From NCBI GenBank assembly GCA_965644295.1, contig CBFFRP010000379.1, positions 99,585 through 163,584 on the forward strand: a stretch of 64,000 bases of DNA, in the 5' to 3' direction. Source of the DNA: Paraphysomonas bandaiensis (Eukaryota; Protista; Chrysophyceae). Below the pieces are notes generated by a model. It made no database searches, was not told the origin of the DNA, and saw nothing but the letters and a program-made list of their open reading frames with translations. The translations under genes and the position numbers were made by a program. Of the stretch, positions 38,565 through 50,160 are shown one piece after another. Each line of letters opens with the position of its first letter. The first letter of the stretch is position 1.

Positions 38565-40856
38565 CTACACCTCCTCATTATCTGTTGTCGTCACAGCATT
38601 TTGAAGTCGAGCAACAATATCCTCCCACAAACCAATCCACCACTCACCGGGCACTGCAATGCGATTATGCTCCCGCCATAGTGCGATGCGGTGCCTGAGG
38701 AAGTCATGAGGCATGATATCATTTATACGGATAATCCTTCTGCAAAGCGGACAGGGGGCTTCACGGCGATTAGCAAAATAGCGATTAATAGCATCGCGGT
38801 TAAATATACATCCATCCCCAACCAACACAGGATCGTTCATTATTTCCATGGTCAGCGGGCAAACGAAGTCAACAGGCTCACGATCTTCATTGAGATAGAA
38901 CCTATCTTGATCGGGAAGACGTGAAAGTCCGTCAATCAATCCGGTGATGATAGCCATAGTATTTTGATTCAGTACTTGAACAGGCTGGGTGTAGCGCAGA
39001 ATAGCTGCTTGCAACGCGTCTACTTCCCTCAGCAGGTTCTCGCGATACAAACGCTGCTTACGCAGCAGACGAGTCACCTGTTCACGAATTTCACGTCTAC
39101 TTGGGTGTGTTTTTCTTGATTTATATACTTCCTTGCGAGTGAAATGCTTGCGAATCTGATCGGCGAGAGTAGCAACATCGAACGCATGTCGCATTATTTC
39201 AGTTGTGCGGTGCTGCCAGCGGTCAACATCGATGCGAAGGCTGTTTGCAAATCCTGCTGGCTTTTCTTGCCACTGATTTTCCAGTTGGCGAACTTCGTTA
39301 CTAAATGTAGCGAAGTGCCCCATCAGATTTCGGATTTTTCTATCCTTAGCTCGAACCCACGCGCTGCTTATATCAGTGTTGATATTAATGTATTGACGTA
39401 TCCGACCATTCGAAACAAATATTCCTCTGCGGACGGTGTCCATAGCAGCTCGCCAAGTATTGCCGTGAATATAATCCCAATCACCAGTGTCACAGATATC
39501 ACTATACAAGCGGGATATATTGTCACTAACGGAAAACGTGTCGGCGTAATCATTCATGAGTGTCCCAATTGCTTTGCGAATGTTTCGGATCAGACCATCC
39601 AAATTGCCTTGCGGGAAATTAGGTGGAGGAATTCGCAAGTTTTGTAGTTCACTTAGCATACCGATGACTTCAGTCAGCGCGTCCTCCATAGCATTTAAAG
39701 TTTCACCCTGTATTGCTCCAAGGTCTCCCAACCTGCCACGCCAGTAGTCCATGCCGAATCGATCTTCCGCACGTCGTGCATTCGATACGAATCCGACTGG
39801 TATGCGCACTTCTCTACGAACATCGCCCGCGTCGCCCCTACATAAGACTTCAATGATATGGTTTCTGGCAGTTGCTTCCATCGCTTCGAAGTCCAGATCT
39901 GCTGGTGTGTGGGGCCCTTCGTCACAGTCTTCTTCCGTGGCCAACATATCATCGGCATACGTACATACAACAGAAACTTTTTTCATGCGCAATTCTGTCG
40001 CACACAGCTCTCGAAAAGCCTGTTGTTCTTGTTTTCCTTGCAGAAATCTACTATACCGATTAGTGAACCAAATCTGCTGCCAAGAATCCACAGCCTCAAG
40101 GGCTCGCTGGGACTTCATGTCCACCGCATCAAAGAGACCCGGAGAATCCACCACAATCACATTACTGGGAAGGTGTTCAAAGTTTCCTTCGATGCGAATA
40201 AAGTCCACAGTCATGGCCTGCCATTGATCGGGTGGCGCATTTTTCGCAGGTAGATGAGAATAGATCGTCAGGGCCTCTCGTAACTCCTTTATAGAGTCTT
40301 CCTCAAGCACTAGTGGCTGGCGCCCAATGTTCTGTAAGAGTACACGGTTTTCTTCGTTCGGAGTTAGTGGAGTAGGATTCTCATAGCTAAGGTCGTTACT
40401 GAAGCAGTGCCTTATCACAGTCATTATAGCTTCGAGTCTGCTATTTTGCTTCGCGCTTCCTTCGATCTCCTGCAGCTTTTCCGCCACGTATTCAAGGCGC
40501 TCCTTCATAGTTCGGGTTGATATGAAATACACCGTTGCTTTGTATGTATTCATGTCTCGCCGAGAGACAATCTCACTCACCACTGAAGTGGATGACTTTG
40601 ACTGTGCACCGGCTGTAACAACAGTCTCTTGAAGTAACTGATTGATGAATCGCGATTTACCCTCTCCTGCGCCGCCATAGAGAGCAACTTTAGTTGGGTT
40701 TAAGTTAGTTAAGATCGTATCGCATCTGTTGATCACGTCACTGATATGGGGCCGAACATCAGCCGCTGTGTCTTCACTCGTTAGTATCTTCTGAAGACAC
40801 TCAATAATCATACGGCATTTCGCCTGAACATTTGCTCGTCTAACATCATCCGCCAT
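38565..40856 (-). CDS. Dynamin-like (NUGGC/SLIP-GC-like) GTPase fused to a C-terminal U-box/RING-type E3 domain, copy A (763 aa from MADDVRR)
   Basis: G1 GGAGEGKS, G2 ST, G3 DSPGLFD, G4-like TYAD, helical stalk, U-box FVCPLTMEIMNDPVLVGDGCIFNRDAINRYF...CPLCR; intronless. Confidence 0.85.
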   Translation of the reverse strand: MADDVRRANVQAKCRMIIECLQKILTSEDTAADVRPHISDVINRCDTILTNLNPTKVALYGGAGEGKSRFINQLLQETVVTAGAQSKSSTSVVSEIVSRRDMNTYKATVYFISTRTMKERLEYVAEKLQEIEGSAKQNSRLEAIMTVIRHCFSNDLSYENPTPLTPNEENRVLLQNIGRQPLVLEEDSIKELREALTIYSHLPAKNAPPDQWQAMTVDFIRIEGNFEHLPSNVIVVDSPGLFDAVDMKSQRALEAVDSWQQIWFTNRYSRFLQGKQEQQAFRELCATELRMKKVSVVCTYADDMLATEEDCDEGPHTPADLDFEAMEATARNHIIEVLCRGDAGDVRREVRIPVGFVSNARRAEDRFGMDYWRGRLGDLGAIQGETLNAMEDALTEVIGMLSELQNLRIPPPNFPQGNLDGLIRNIRKAIGTLMNDYADTFSVSDNISRLYSDICDTGDWDYIHGNTWRAAMDTVRRGIFVSNGRIRQYININTDISSAWVRAKDRKIRNLMGHFATFSNEVRQLENQWQEKPAGFANSLRIDVDRWQHRTTEIMRHAFDVATLADQIRKHFTRKEVYKSRKTHPSRREIREQVTRLLRKQRLYRENLLREVDALQAAILRYTQPVQVLNQNTMAIITGLIDGLSRLPDQDRFYLNEDREPVDFVCPLTMEIMNDPVLVGDGCIFNRDAINRYFANRREAPCPLCRRIIRINDIMPHDFLRHRIALWREHNRIAVPGEWWIGLWEDIVARLQNAVTTTDNEEV

Positions 40857-41734
40857 GTGTGTATCTTGTGGTGTAGTTGTGATGCTCTGAGTGTATGATA
40901 ATAGAAGGAGATCGTGTAGATATGCATACACAGAGAGAAGATACGCAACATCAACTTGAATGAGTGGAGCACAATCGTGTTGCCCCACGAGAAGAATATT
41001 CAAAGATACCACAAGAATATTTGAAAAGATACACGTGTTTGCTCTACTAGTATATGCATCTCTAGAGTTTCTAAAGCAGCCTCCATTTCCAACTATGGAC
41101 AAACCAACCCAACCTGCCTCACAATGTCTGCATCCTACCCTCGTAGACGTACTGTGTATAGTCATATAGTCCTATCTAGATATACAGAGTACATGTGTAC
41201 ATTACACAGCAGATTTCTATAAATACCCGGATTTATGGTTTTACGAGTATAATAATGGCAAAAATATTTCCTAAATACCCTTTTTTTTACTTGTAAAATC
41301 ATGAGTATATTATTATACAAGTTAAAAAAATGGTATTTAGGAAATATTTTTGCCATTATTATACTCGTAAATCCATAAATCCGGGTATTTATAGAAATCC
41401 TCGCTCCTATTGCTGTGTAATCTGTACTCTGTATATCTAGACGTCTACGAGGGTAGGATGCAGACATTGTGAGGCAGGTTGGGTTGGTTTGTCCATAGTT
41501 GGAAATGGAGGCTGCTTTAGAAACTCTAGAGATGCATATACTAGTAGAGCAAACACGTGTATCTTTTCAAATATTCTTGTGGTATCTTTGAATATTCTTC
41601 TCGTGGGGCAACACGATTGTGCTCCACTCATTCAAGTTGATGTTGCGTATCTTCTCTCTGTGTATGCATATCTACACGATCTCCTTCTATTATCATACAC
41701 TCAGAGCATCACAACTACACCACAAGATACACAC

Positions 41735-44035
41735 ATGGCGGATGATGTTAGACGAGCAAATGTTCAGGCGAAATGCCGTATGATTATTGAGTGTCTTCAG
41801 AAGATACTAACGAGTGAAGACACAGCGGCTGATGTTCGGCCCCATATCAGTGACGTGATCAACAGATGCGATACGATCTTAACTAACTTAAACCCAACTA
41901 AAGTTGCTCTCTATGGCGGCGCAGGAGAGGGTAAATCGCGATTCATCAATCAGTTACTTCAAGAGCCTGTTGTTACAGCCGGTGCACAGTCAAAGTCATC
42001 CACTTCAGTGGTGAGTGAGATTGTCTCTCGGCGAGACATGAATACATACAAAGCAACGGTGTATTTCATATCAACCCGAACTATGAAGGAGCGCCTTGAA
42101 TACGTGGCGGAAATGTTGCAGGAGAATATTGCAGTCGAAGGAAGCGCGAAGCAAAATAGCAGACTCGAAGCTATAATGACTGTGATAAGGCACTGCTTCA
42201 GTAGCGACCTTAGCTATGAGAATCCTACTCCACTAACTCCGAACGAAGAAAACCGTGTACTCTTACAGAACATTGGGCGCCAGCCACTAGTGCTTGAGGA
42301 AGACTCCATAAAGGAGTTACGAGAGGCCCTGACGATCTATTCTCATCTACCTGCGGACAATGCGCCACCCGATCAATGGCAGGCCATGACTGTGGACTTT
42401 ATTCGCATCGAAGGAAACTTTGAACACCTTCCCAGTAATGTGATTGTGGTGGATTCTCCGGGTCTCTTTGATGCGGTGGACATGAAGTCCCAGCGAGCCC
42501 TTGAGGCTGTGGATTCTTGGCAGCAGATTTGGTTCACTAATCGGTATAGTAGATTTCTGCAAGGGAAACAAGAGCAACAGGCTTTTCGAGAGCTGTGTGC
42601 GACAGAATTGCGCATGAAAAAAGTTTCTGTTGTATGTACGTATGCCGATGATATGTTGGCCACGGAAGAAGACTGTGACGAAGGGCCCCACACACCAGCA
42701 GATCTGGACTTCGAAGCGATGGAAGCAACTGCCAGAAACCATATCATTGAAGTCTTATGTAGGGGCGACGCGGGCGATGTTCGTAGAGAAGTGCGCATAC
42801 CAGTCGGATTCGTATCGAATGCACGACGTGCGGAAGATCGATTCGGCATGGACTACTGGCGTGGCAGGTTGGGAGACCTTGGAGCAATACAGGGTGAAAC
42901 TTTAAATGCAATGGAGGACGCGCTGACTGAAGTCATCGGCATGCTAAGTGAACTACAAAACTTGCGCATTCCTCCACCTAATTTCCCGCAAGGCAATTTG
43001 GATGGTCTGATCCGAAACATTCGCGAAGCGATTGGGACACTCATGAATGATTACGCCGACACGTTTTCCGTTCGTGACAATATTTCCCTCTTGTATAGTG
43101 ATATCTGTGACACTGGTGATTGGGATTATATTCACGGCAATACTTGGAAAGTGACTATGGACACCGTCCGCAGAGGAATATTTGTTTCGCATTGCCCGAT
43201 GCGTCAATACATTAATATCAACACTGATATAAGCAGCGCGTGGGTTCGAGCTAAGGATAGAAAAATCCGAAATCTGATGGGGCAATTCGCTACATTTAGT
43301 AACGAAGTTCGCCAACTGGAAAATCAGTGGCAAGAAAAGCCAGCAGGATTTGCAAACAGCCTTCGCATCAATGTTGACCGCTGGCAGCACCACACAACTG
43401 AAATAATGCGACATGCGTTCGATGTTGCTACTCTCGCCGATCAGATTCGCAAGCATTTCACTCGCAAGGAAGTATATAAATCAAGAAGAAGACATCCAAG
43501 TAGACGTGAAATTCGTGAACAGGTGACTCGTCTACTGGATAAGCAGCGTTTGTATCGCGAGAACCTGCTGAGGGAAGTAGATGCGTTGCAAGCAGCTATT
43601 CTGTGCTCCACCCAGCCTGTTCAAGTACTGAATCAAAATACTGTGTCTATCATCACCGGATTGATTGACACACTTCAACACCTTCCCGATCAAGATAGGT
43701 TTTATCTCAATAAAGATCGTGTGTCTGTTGACTTCGTTTGCCCGCTGACCATGGAAATAATGAACGATCCTGTGTTGGTTGGGGATGGATGTATAGTTGA
43801 CCGCGATGCTATTAATCGCTATTTTGCTAATCGTCTTGAAGCCCCCTGTCCGCTTTGCGGAAAGATTATCCATATAAATGATATCATTCCTCATGACTTC
43901 CTCAGGCACCGCATCACACTATGGCGGGAGCATAATCGCATTGCAGTGCCCGGTGAGTGGTGGATTGGTTTGTGGGAGGATATTGTTGCTCGACTTCAAA
44001 ATGCTGTGACGACAACAGATAATGAGGAGGTGTAG
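41735..44035 (+). CDS. Dynamin-like GTPase/U-box fusion, copy B (766 aa from MADDVRR)
   Basis: Same motifs as copy A; intact ORF; clustered substitutions relative to A. Confidence 0.85.
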   Translation: MADDVRRANVQAKCRMIIECLQKILTSEDTAADVRPHISDVINRCDTILTNLNPTKVALYGGAGEGKSRFINQLLQEPVVTAGAQSKSSTSVVSEIVSRRDMNTYKATVYFISTRTMKERLEYVAEMLQENIAVEGSAKQNSRLEAIMTVIRHCFSSDLSYENPTPLTPNEENRVLLQNIGRQPLVLEEDSIKELREALTIYSHLPADNAPPDQWQAMTVDFIRIEGNFEHLPSNVIVVDSPGLFDAVDMKSQRALEAVDSWQQIWFTNRYSRFLQGKQEQQAFRELCATELRMKKVSVVCTYADDMLATEEDCDEGPHTPADLDFEAMEATARNHIIEVLCRGDAGDVRREVRIPVGFVSNARRAEDRFGMDYWRGRLGDLGAIQGETLNAMEDALTEVIGMLSELQNLRIPPPNFPQGNLDGLIRNIREAIGTLMNDYADTFSVRDNISLLYSDICDTGDWDYIHGNTWKVTMDTVRRGIFVSHCPMRQYININTDISSAWVRAKDRKIRNLMGQFATFSNEVRQLENQWQEKPAGFANSLRINVDRWQHHTTEIMRHAFDVATLADQIRKHFTRKEVYKSRRRHPSRREIREQVTRLLDKQRLYRENLLREVDALQAAILCSTQPVQVLNQNTVSIITGLIDTLQHLPDQDRFYLNKDRVSVDFVCPLTMEIMNDPVLVGDGCIVDRDAINRYFANRLEAPCPLCGKIIHINDIIPHDFLRHRITLWREHNRIAVPGEWWIGLWEDIVARLQNAVTTTDNEEV

Positions 44036-44676
44036 TTTCGCTGGGTTAAGATTTTGTAGTTTCGAACCTCTAAAAGTACAAAGAACACGAAAATAACTAT
44101 ATAATTAGTATAATATGCATTTATTTATAATATGGCTATATTTATGATGGTGGGCTACGTGGGCAAGAACCTACCCTATTTATGAAAAGGTCAATCAGTT
44201 AAGATGACAGCCTGCCTGTGCTATGTATCCTCACAGTTCACAGTTATTGCATCACATATATAAAGCAAAAACCAGAAAGGAAAAGGTTTGCATCGGTGGA
44301 CCTAAGAAAAAGCACCCAAAGATAGGGGAGGGAGTATGATGATATATATTATATTGTGCAATTGAAGTGAGTTAATAGTGTGCAATAGGTGAAAGGTGAA
44401 GTCAACTCATAGGTGTTAAGGTGATTATAGGTACAAAGGAATTAAATTTAGTTACTGGTTACTGATGTGCGACTATACAAGTTATAGTACTGACGTACTG
44501 ACTGATGAACATATGATAAACAGATGTTGCTGAGAACAGATGTTTCATCAGATGTTACACGAATATGTAGTGAAGTGTTCAGAATAATAATTATAATTTC
44601 TTACTTGAAAGCGCATATCCAATTCTAACATATTACTTATAAGTCCTCCTTACTCTCCGCTCCTCTGTATACAAAC

Positions 44677-47419
44677 CAAGGCCTGATAGCCATGAATGGT
44701 AGTCCAGTTCCCGGCAATTAGAATGGCATTAATGAAAAATGTCCCGGCAATTATAATGGCCATTAATGGCAATTAATACCTACTAACTTAAAGTAGATAG
44801 AACCACTCATATAATAGATAGTGTTGTGCTCCCTTAATTACTAATTTTTAGTGAAATAGCAGACTACAAATTTTAACTACTTCTCGCTCTCTACTGGCAC
44901 ATCAGGATCTTCTTGCAGGGCTTTATGGAGGGTATAAACATCCCACAACATGTAATTGGCTCGTAGGAATAGCAACGATTCTAGACGATATGGATTCATG
45001 TTTTTACGCTCAGGTGTCATAATAAACTTTGCACGACTAAAGAGCCTCTCAACAACATGAGATTGTGCTTCAATATGAAGCAAGCAGCGGTAGTTGCTCT
45101 CTTGGTGACCTCGGCGCTGTCCACAACACGCTGTGCAAAATCAGTTCCTTCAATCTCGTCCTCGTTATTTCTGTCGGATACACCAACCTCTATGGATGAA
45201 TTCAGTTGCAAATGTCTCACTGCTCTTCTCTCATTGCCTGTCAACTCTCTTTCATCGTTCCCTTGAATTTTAGCCACTGCCTTCTCAAAAATTTCACTGG
45301 CAACAATAATGCTTGCATTCGGGGAAAAGTATGGATGCAATGCAGCTCTAGAAATTCTTGTAGCAGCATATCAAATAACTGGTGGGTTTGTTACAAATTG
45401 GTTCCATTTCTTCCGAACATACTTATTCACCACAATAGAAAATGGTTCGTCGTTCATGACTATCCATTCCAGCCATCGAAATAAGTTCCTTGCAGTAGGA
45501 GGCACTTTCGTTCTTATAAAAGACAATAAATCGCCCGCTGTGAAGTCTTTCATTTCCACGAAATTCTCTTGAATTCCTCTCGTCAAGATGAATCCGCATG
45601 TTTGATGCCTGCCTCTCTTAGCTATATGATTCAAACAAGTTGTGTAACCTCACTGTATAGAGCACTGAGAGGATTCTCTGAAACCATTCAGATGAAGACT
45701 CAGACTGTAAATTACACTGCCATTAATTGTGTTGGTCATCATCGTTGCTTACTATGCTGCGTATGGGCAGTCAGTATCTTATTTTTTCGGGAATAAATTG
45801 AAGCAAATATTGTCTATATTACTGCAGTCTAACTACGGCTGGAATACAGATAATTGTTGTCTCAATAATAGAGGCATCTTGGAACAAAAATACACAAAGG
45901 ATGCCGATATGCTGGTACTGTAGCTTCTTTCAACTTTGGGGAAAACTAGTGTTTTTATGAATGTTTTTAGGTGAAATATGCTTATTTTCAATGATTATTT
46001 TAGAGTTTTTGGGTATATGGGTAGGTTGCTATGGATACCGCTCAGGACACTATTCTCTAACTGTGGAATGCATGCATGCATTGAGAAGATAGTGAACAAG
46101 GTTGCCACAGAGTGCCTGTAGAATTGCATGAACATTGTTGTCTAATACTGTTTAGAGGAGATACTATATTCTATTATCTTAATAACACTCAGTTCTATAT
46201 ATAGCAGCACAGGTCGTTTATGGGATGCCATTAAAGTCGAGGTAATACCAAAACCTGGTAACGCGATTTCACCAGGTTTCATATCTAAGTATTGAGTTAT
46301 TATTTTACTGCAATTTGTATCTGAGAGGTTAAAGATAAAGAAAAAGTTGCAATTATAGTTGTTATTAGCAATATTTATTGCGTTACAAGTTGGCCCTGTC
46401 ACGACATGTGTTTTGTAATATCATATTCTCATATAGCTGCATTTGCCTCTCTTGAGATTGCAAACGCTCCAACCGAATAGCCTGATTTTGGATACAATGC
46501 ATACGCATAAAGCTATCTTCACCACTACTACTTACAGTAGTAGTATTAGTACCTATGCTCTGAGACGACGCGGCTACAGCCGTTAGGGGCACATTACTAG
46601 TAGGTGGAGGATTATAAGCAGGTGGAGGATCATCATTTTTTCTCATTAAAAGATCACGAAGTTCTGCTAGTCCGAACATCATTTCCTGACGAAGTTCAGC
46701 AACAGCGGGAGGTATCAGATCTGCTTTCTGCTGGGATTCGACGACCCCGCCATCATCTTCACGAATTTCGACCACATTCTTCTTCCCTTTGTAATTCTCC
46801 TACACCATTATACTACACAGTTAGTACAGTGTATAGTAACTACGCACAACAATAATCAGAACAATACCGCATATATACGTACGACGACCCCGTCACCATG
46901 AACAGTACTACGTACCCTGCTCGTGCGCTTTCGTGGTACCTCCGAGTCGTTGGATATGTCGCCACGAATTTCGACCACATTCTTCTTCCCTTAGTGACAG
47001 AGCCTACAACCGAATGGGTGGATCAAGGCGCTCTCTCATCAGAGAATGTTGTGACCGGGAAACGTCGACGTAGTAGTGGGGTATCGTACAAAGAATAGCT
47101 TTATATTATGCTTGACGGAATAGCTTGAACTACTGTATAATATATATATGTGTAGTCGGTGACTTTTATTGCTGTAAAACTGAAGTAATATGGAAGAAAG
47201 TAGTAAAGAATATTATAAACAATACTTTTCACACTGTTAATATCTTCATAGTTACTTATTGTGCATATTTAAACCCTTTTCCGACCATCATCAAAAATTT
47301 CACCAGGTTTTACATCAAAAACCAGGTTTTGGTATTACCTCGACTTTTAATTGCCCATTAATGGTAGTCCGGTTACCGGCAATTATAATGGCATTACCAT
47401 TAATGGTTACCAGGCCCTG
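44677..47419 (-). mobile_element. Internally deleted hAT transposon (second family) carrying a nested insertion
   Basis: Imperfect TIR CAAGGCCTGATAGCCATGAATGG / CCATTAATGGTTACCAGGCCCTG; dimerization motif VERLFSRAKFIMTPERKNMNPYRLESLLFLRAN. Confidence 0.8.
46234..47346. mobile_element. PIF/Harbinger-like non-autonomous element with 26-bp TIR and TTA TSD
   Basis: TIR AAGTCGAGGTAATACCAAAACCTGGT; TTA at 46231-33 and 47347-49; an empty site is present in the paralogous hAT end at ~33515. Confidence 0.82.
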
Positions 47420-48545
47420 CCTACGATTCCGTGATCAATGGAATGAACATTATTCATATTCAATACCAAACACATCAGTCAAATACAGTTGATCATAATA
47501 ACTCATCATCACTGCATAAGGGAATATACATTCAGTATTCTCATTGTAGCTGAAGCCTTGTATACGTACTTCCAAGTACAATCAATAAACAATAAGCACT
47601 GAAAGAAATACAAATGTATTACTGGATAATCTGGCAATACACGTCTATCAGCGTGGATATCAAACCCGGAATTCTCCAGTAAATTCTTCAGCCTTAATCA
47701 TTAATATATATATATAGTAAGAACATATACATATATATCATCAATCATAATATCTTCATCATTATGTCTCATTATAGGTAATCCTGTCTCTATTTGTCTT
47801 TTGAATAGATATATAAGTATCAATGATAAGCATGAATTGTCATAATGTATCATATGCACATATAGTATGTACAAACTTAAACATATACAATAGAGAGCTC
47901 ATATAGCATAGAATAACCTGATCGCTGGTTATTACATATTACATACGGGTTCTGTGTTCTGTCAATGTTATTTCGTCACTCAATGTAAGATACTAACATA
48001 TTATATTGCGGCTATAATGCTGAAGTAGCATTAGTCACAACGCCACTTCCAATATTGAAGTGCACATACACACATGAACGCGTTTGGAAAGATATTCACA
48101 TCCCTCTTGCTCCTTGAAAGCTGAAACACCTAGTAAGGTAGACATAAGCTTGGTAGCAAGAGGCTGCTGGAAATTACAAAGTGAAAATCTCTAAACTTCA
48201 ATTACTAATACTAGACAGAAAGCAATCACATGTCGCTACAATAACGAGTGAAGAACTTAAGTTTAGCACTGATACAATATTAAATGAAGTAGTGGTGTGT
48301 ACATTTGTACACCACGTTATCAGAGTTTCTGAAGATATGTCGGTGGTTCATATGCTACAACTATATCAACGAAGGGGCTACTCTTAGCAAGTGCCCGCTA
48401 AATGCACCGCCACTACTATACTTAGGTCACAACATTGAAAGAAAGCGCCATGAATAGGCTAAACATGACGAACTACACATACCGGTGAGCCAGCAACACA
48501 AATTCTTTGTGCGACATCTGGTAAATACCTCACATATGTGCATGT

Positions 48546-50160
48546 TCATAAGTACTTTATAATTTCCCATCTCCCCCGGCACTGTTCACTTGTGCGTGAG
48601 TCATTCATTGCCTTGCTCACTTGAGACCACAAAATCGTGCCATGAACATCTAACACCACCCCCACAGCAACCCGGAGGCTCTCGTCCTCTTCAGCTGACC
48701 ATGTACCTGTACTTTTGGCGGTTCCAAATTCGCGGTATTTCACCGTCTGTTCCCAGCGTTGGAAACACTGTTTGCCTGTACGGGTTCCCCCCATGTGCTC
48801 ACACACTTTCACCCAGGAAATCTTAGATCCTTCCTGTCGGCATTTCTTCACCCCTTGTAACAAGAGTTCATCCTCTTCCTGAGACCACGGGCCAAGAACA
48901 ACCCCTTCTGTTTGGCGTTGCATTGATCCCCACTTCGTACAGCACTGCATGGCCGATCGAGTCCCGTTCATGTATTCACTAACGGCTGCCCAACATATTC
49001 CTTTTCTGCGCCCACTGGTGTCGTGTGCAGCCACTGCCTCGGTCAATAATGCAATCTGTTGACAACATAAACATCAAATAAAAGTATTTCTATGATATAT
49101 AAGGCAGTAGACGTATTTGTCACATACCTCGTCAGAAGTCCAAAATCTAGAGTCATCAGTGCGGCTGCATAGCCGATTCCAACGTCTCTGGCATGCCTTT
49201 GGCTTACGTTGACCACCCATATACATCGACACATTTTGCCACGAAATCTGGTCTAGAGTAGAGTCCTTCCTATCGGTTTCAACAGCTTGTTTCAGTCTGC
49301 ACAAAATAAATAGTGAGATTACAATGCTGAGGGGCAGATGATTGTACGATATATTCCGCACGTATGAGACGAAATCGGTGCAGTGTGATATAAAACATGC
49401 GGAATTCTATGAAGTGCTTATTTGAGGATATACAACTCAAAATAATGTAAAGAGGCGGCTGTAGAATGATACTGTCAGTGACAACAGGGTAATATACTCA
49501 CAGTTCGTCCTCTTCTTCTGTCCAGGCTCCAGTTTTCGCATCAACACCATCCGCCCAACACAGAGTATCATTCCATCGTCTACAACACTGTACATCTGTT
49601 CTACCTTCACCAACATATTCAGCAACTTTTGCCCAACATGCACCATCATATGTTCCTTTATTCTTATTAGCATACATTTCAACTGCTTCTCTTACACGTT
49701 TATCCATTGCAGGTGTCCATCCTCCATCAGCTCCTTGATTAATAGACCACCATTTCTGTTGACATTGTTCTGATGATCTTGTTCCTACAGCTTCACTCAC
49801 AACAGCCCAACTTATTCGTGATGTACATTGTTGTTTACATAATTCCACTGCATTATTTAATCTTTGAACTTCATTATCATCCCAGTAACCAACTGTATGA
49901 TTATTCTCATCTGAACTCTCATGTTTCTTTCTTTTCACTCTATTCATTTCCATTGTATTGAATTCATTTTGATGATCATATTCATTTCTTTGTAGTTTCT
50001 TATTTATTGTATTCATATTTGAATTCTTCATAGAATCTGATTCGGATATAAATAATGAAGATACAGGAGCATTATGATCAAACATCAGATGAATATCCTC
50101 ATCATCATCACTCAATATATAATTTTGATGTGAATTTTGATGTAATTTGATTGAATTCAT
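48546..50160 (-). CDS. MYB protein with six tandem MYB repeats (3 exons)
   Basis: Six W..EE...W..V....R...QC..RW units across ~50160-49502, 49297-49128 and 49036-48546. Confidence 0.88.

Larger units (their letters stand above)
38274..44326. repeat. ~6-kb near-perfect palindrome centred at ~41305
   Basis: Arms are reverse complements across 3' flanks, genes and promoter, down to a ~10-bp central loop; weaker similarity continues between 37843-37940 and 44355-44468. Confidence 0.95.

Noticed and set aside
40857-41734. N-terminal extensions of the 866-aa and 848-aa GTPase ORFs and ORF 41162-41467
   Set aside because: They begin at non-ATG or unshared codons inside the palindromic promoter; the first shared ATG is MADDVRR.
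38691-43909. Numerous antisense ORFs overlapping the GTPase genes (similar ones overlap eIF5, the helicase and 34759-36519)
   Set aside because: Shadow ORFs of real coding sequence with no motifs.
38274-44326. Palindrome as a fold-back read artefact or as a transposon with giant TIRs
   Set aside because: The arms differ by in-frame, codon-clustered substitutions and a 9-bp indel, unlike read error; no transposase or TSD is seen.
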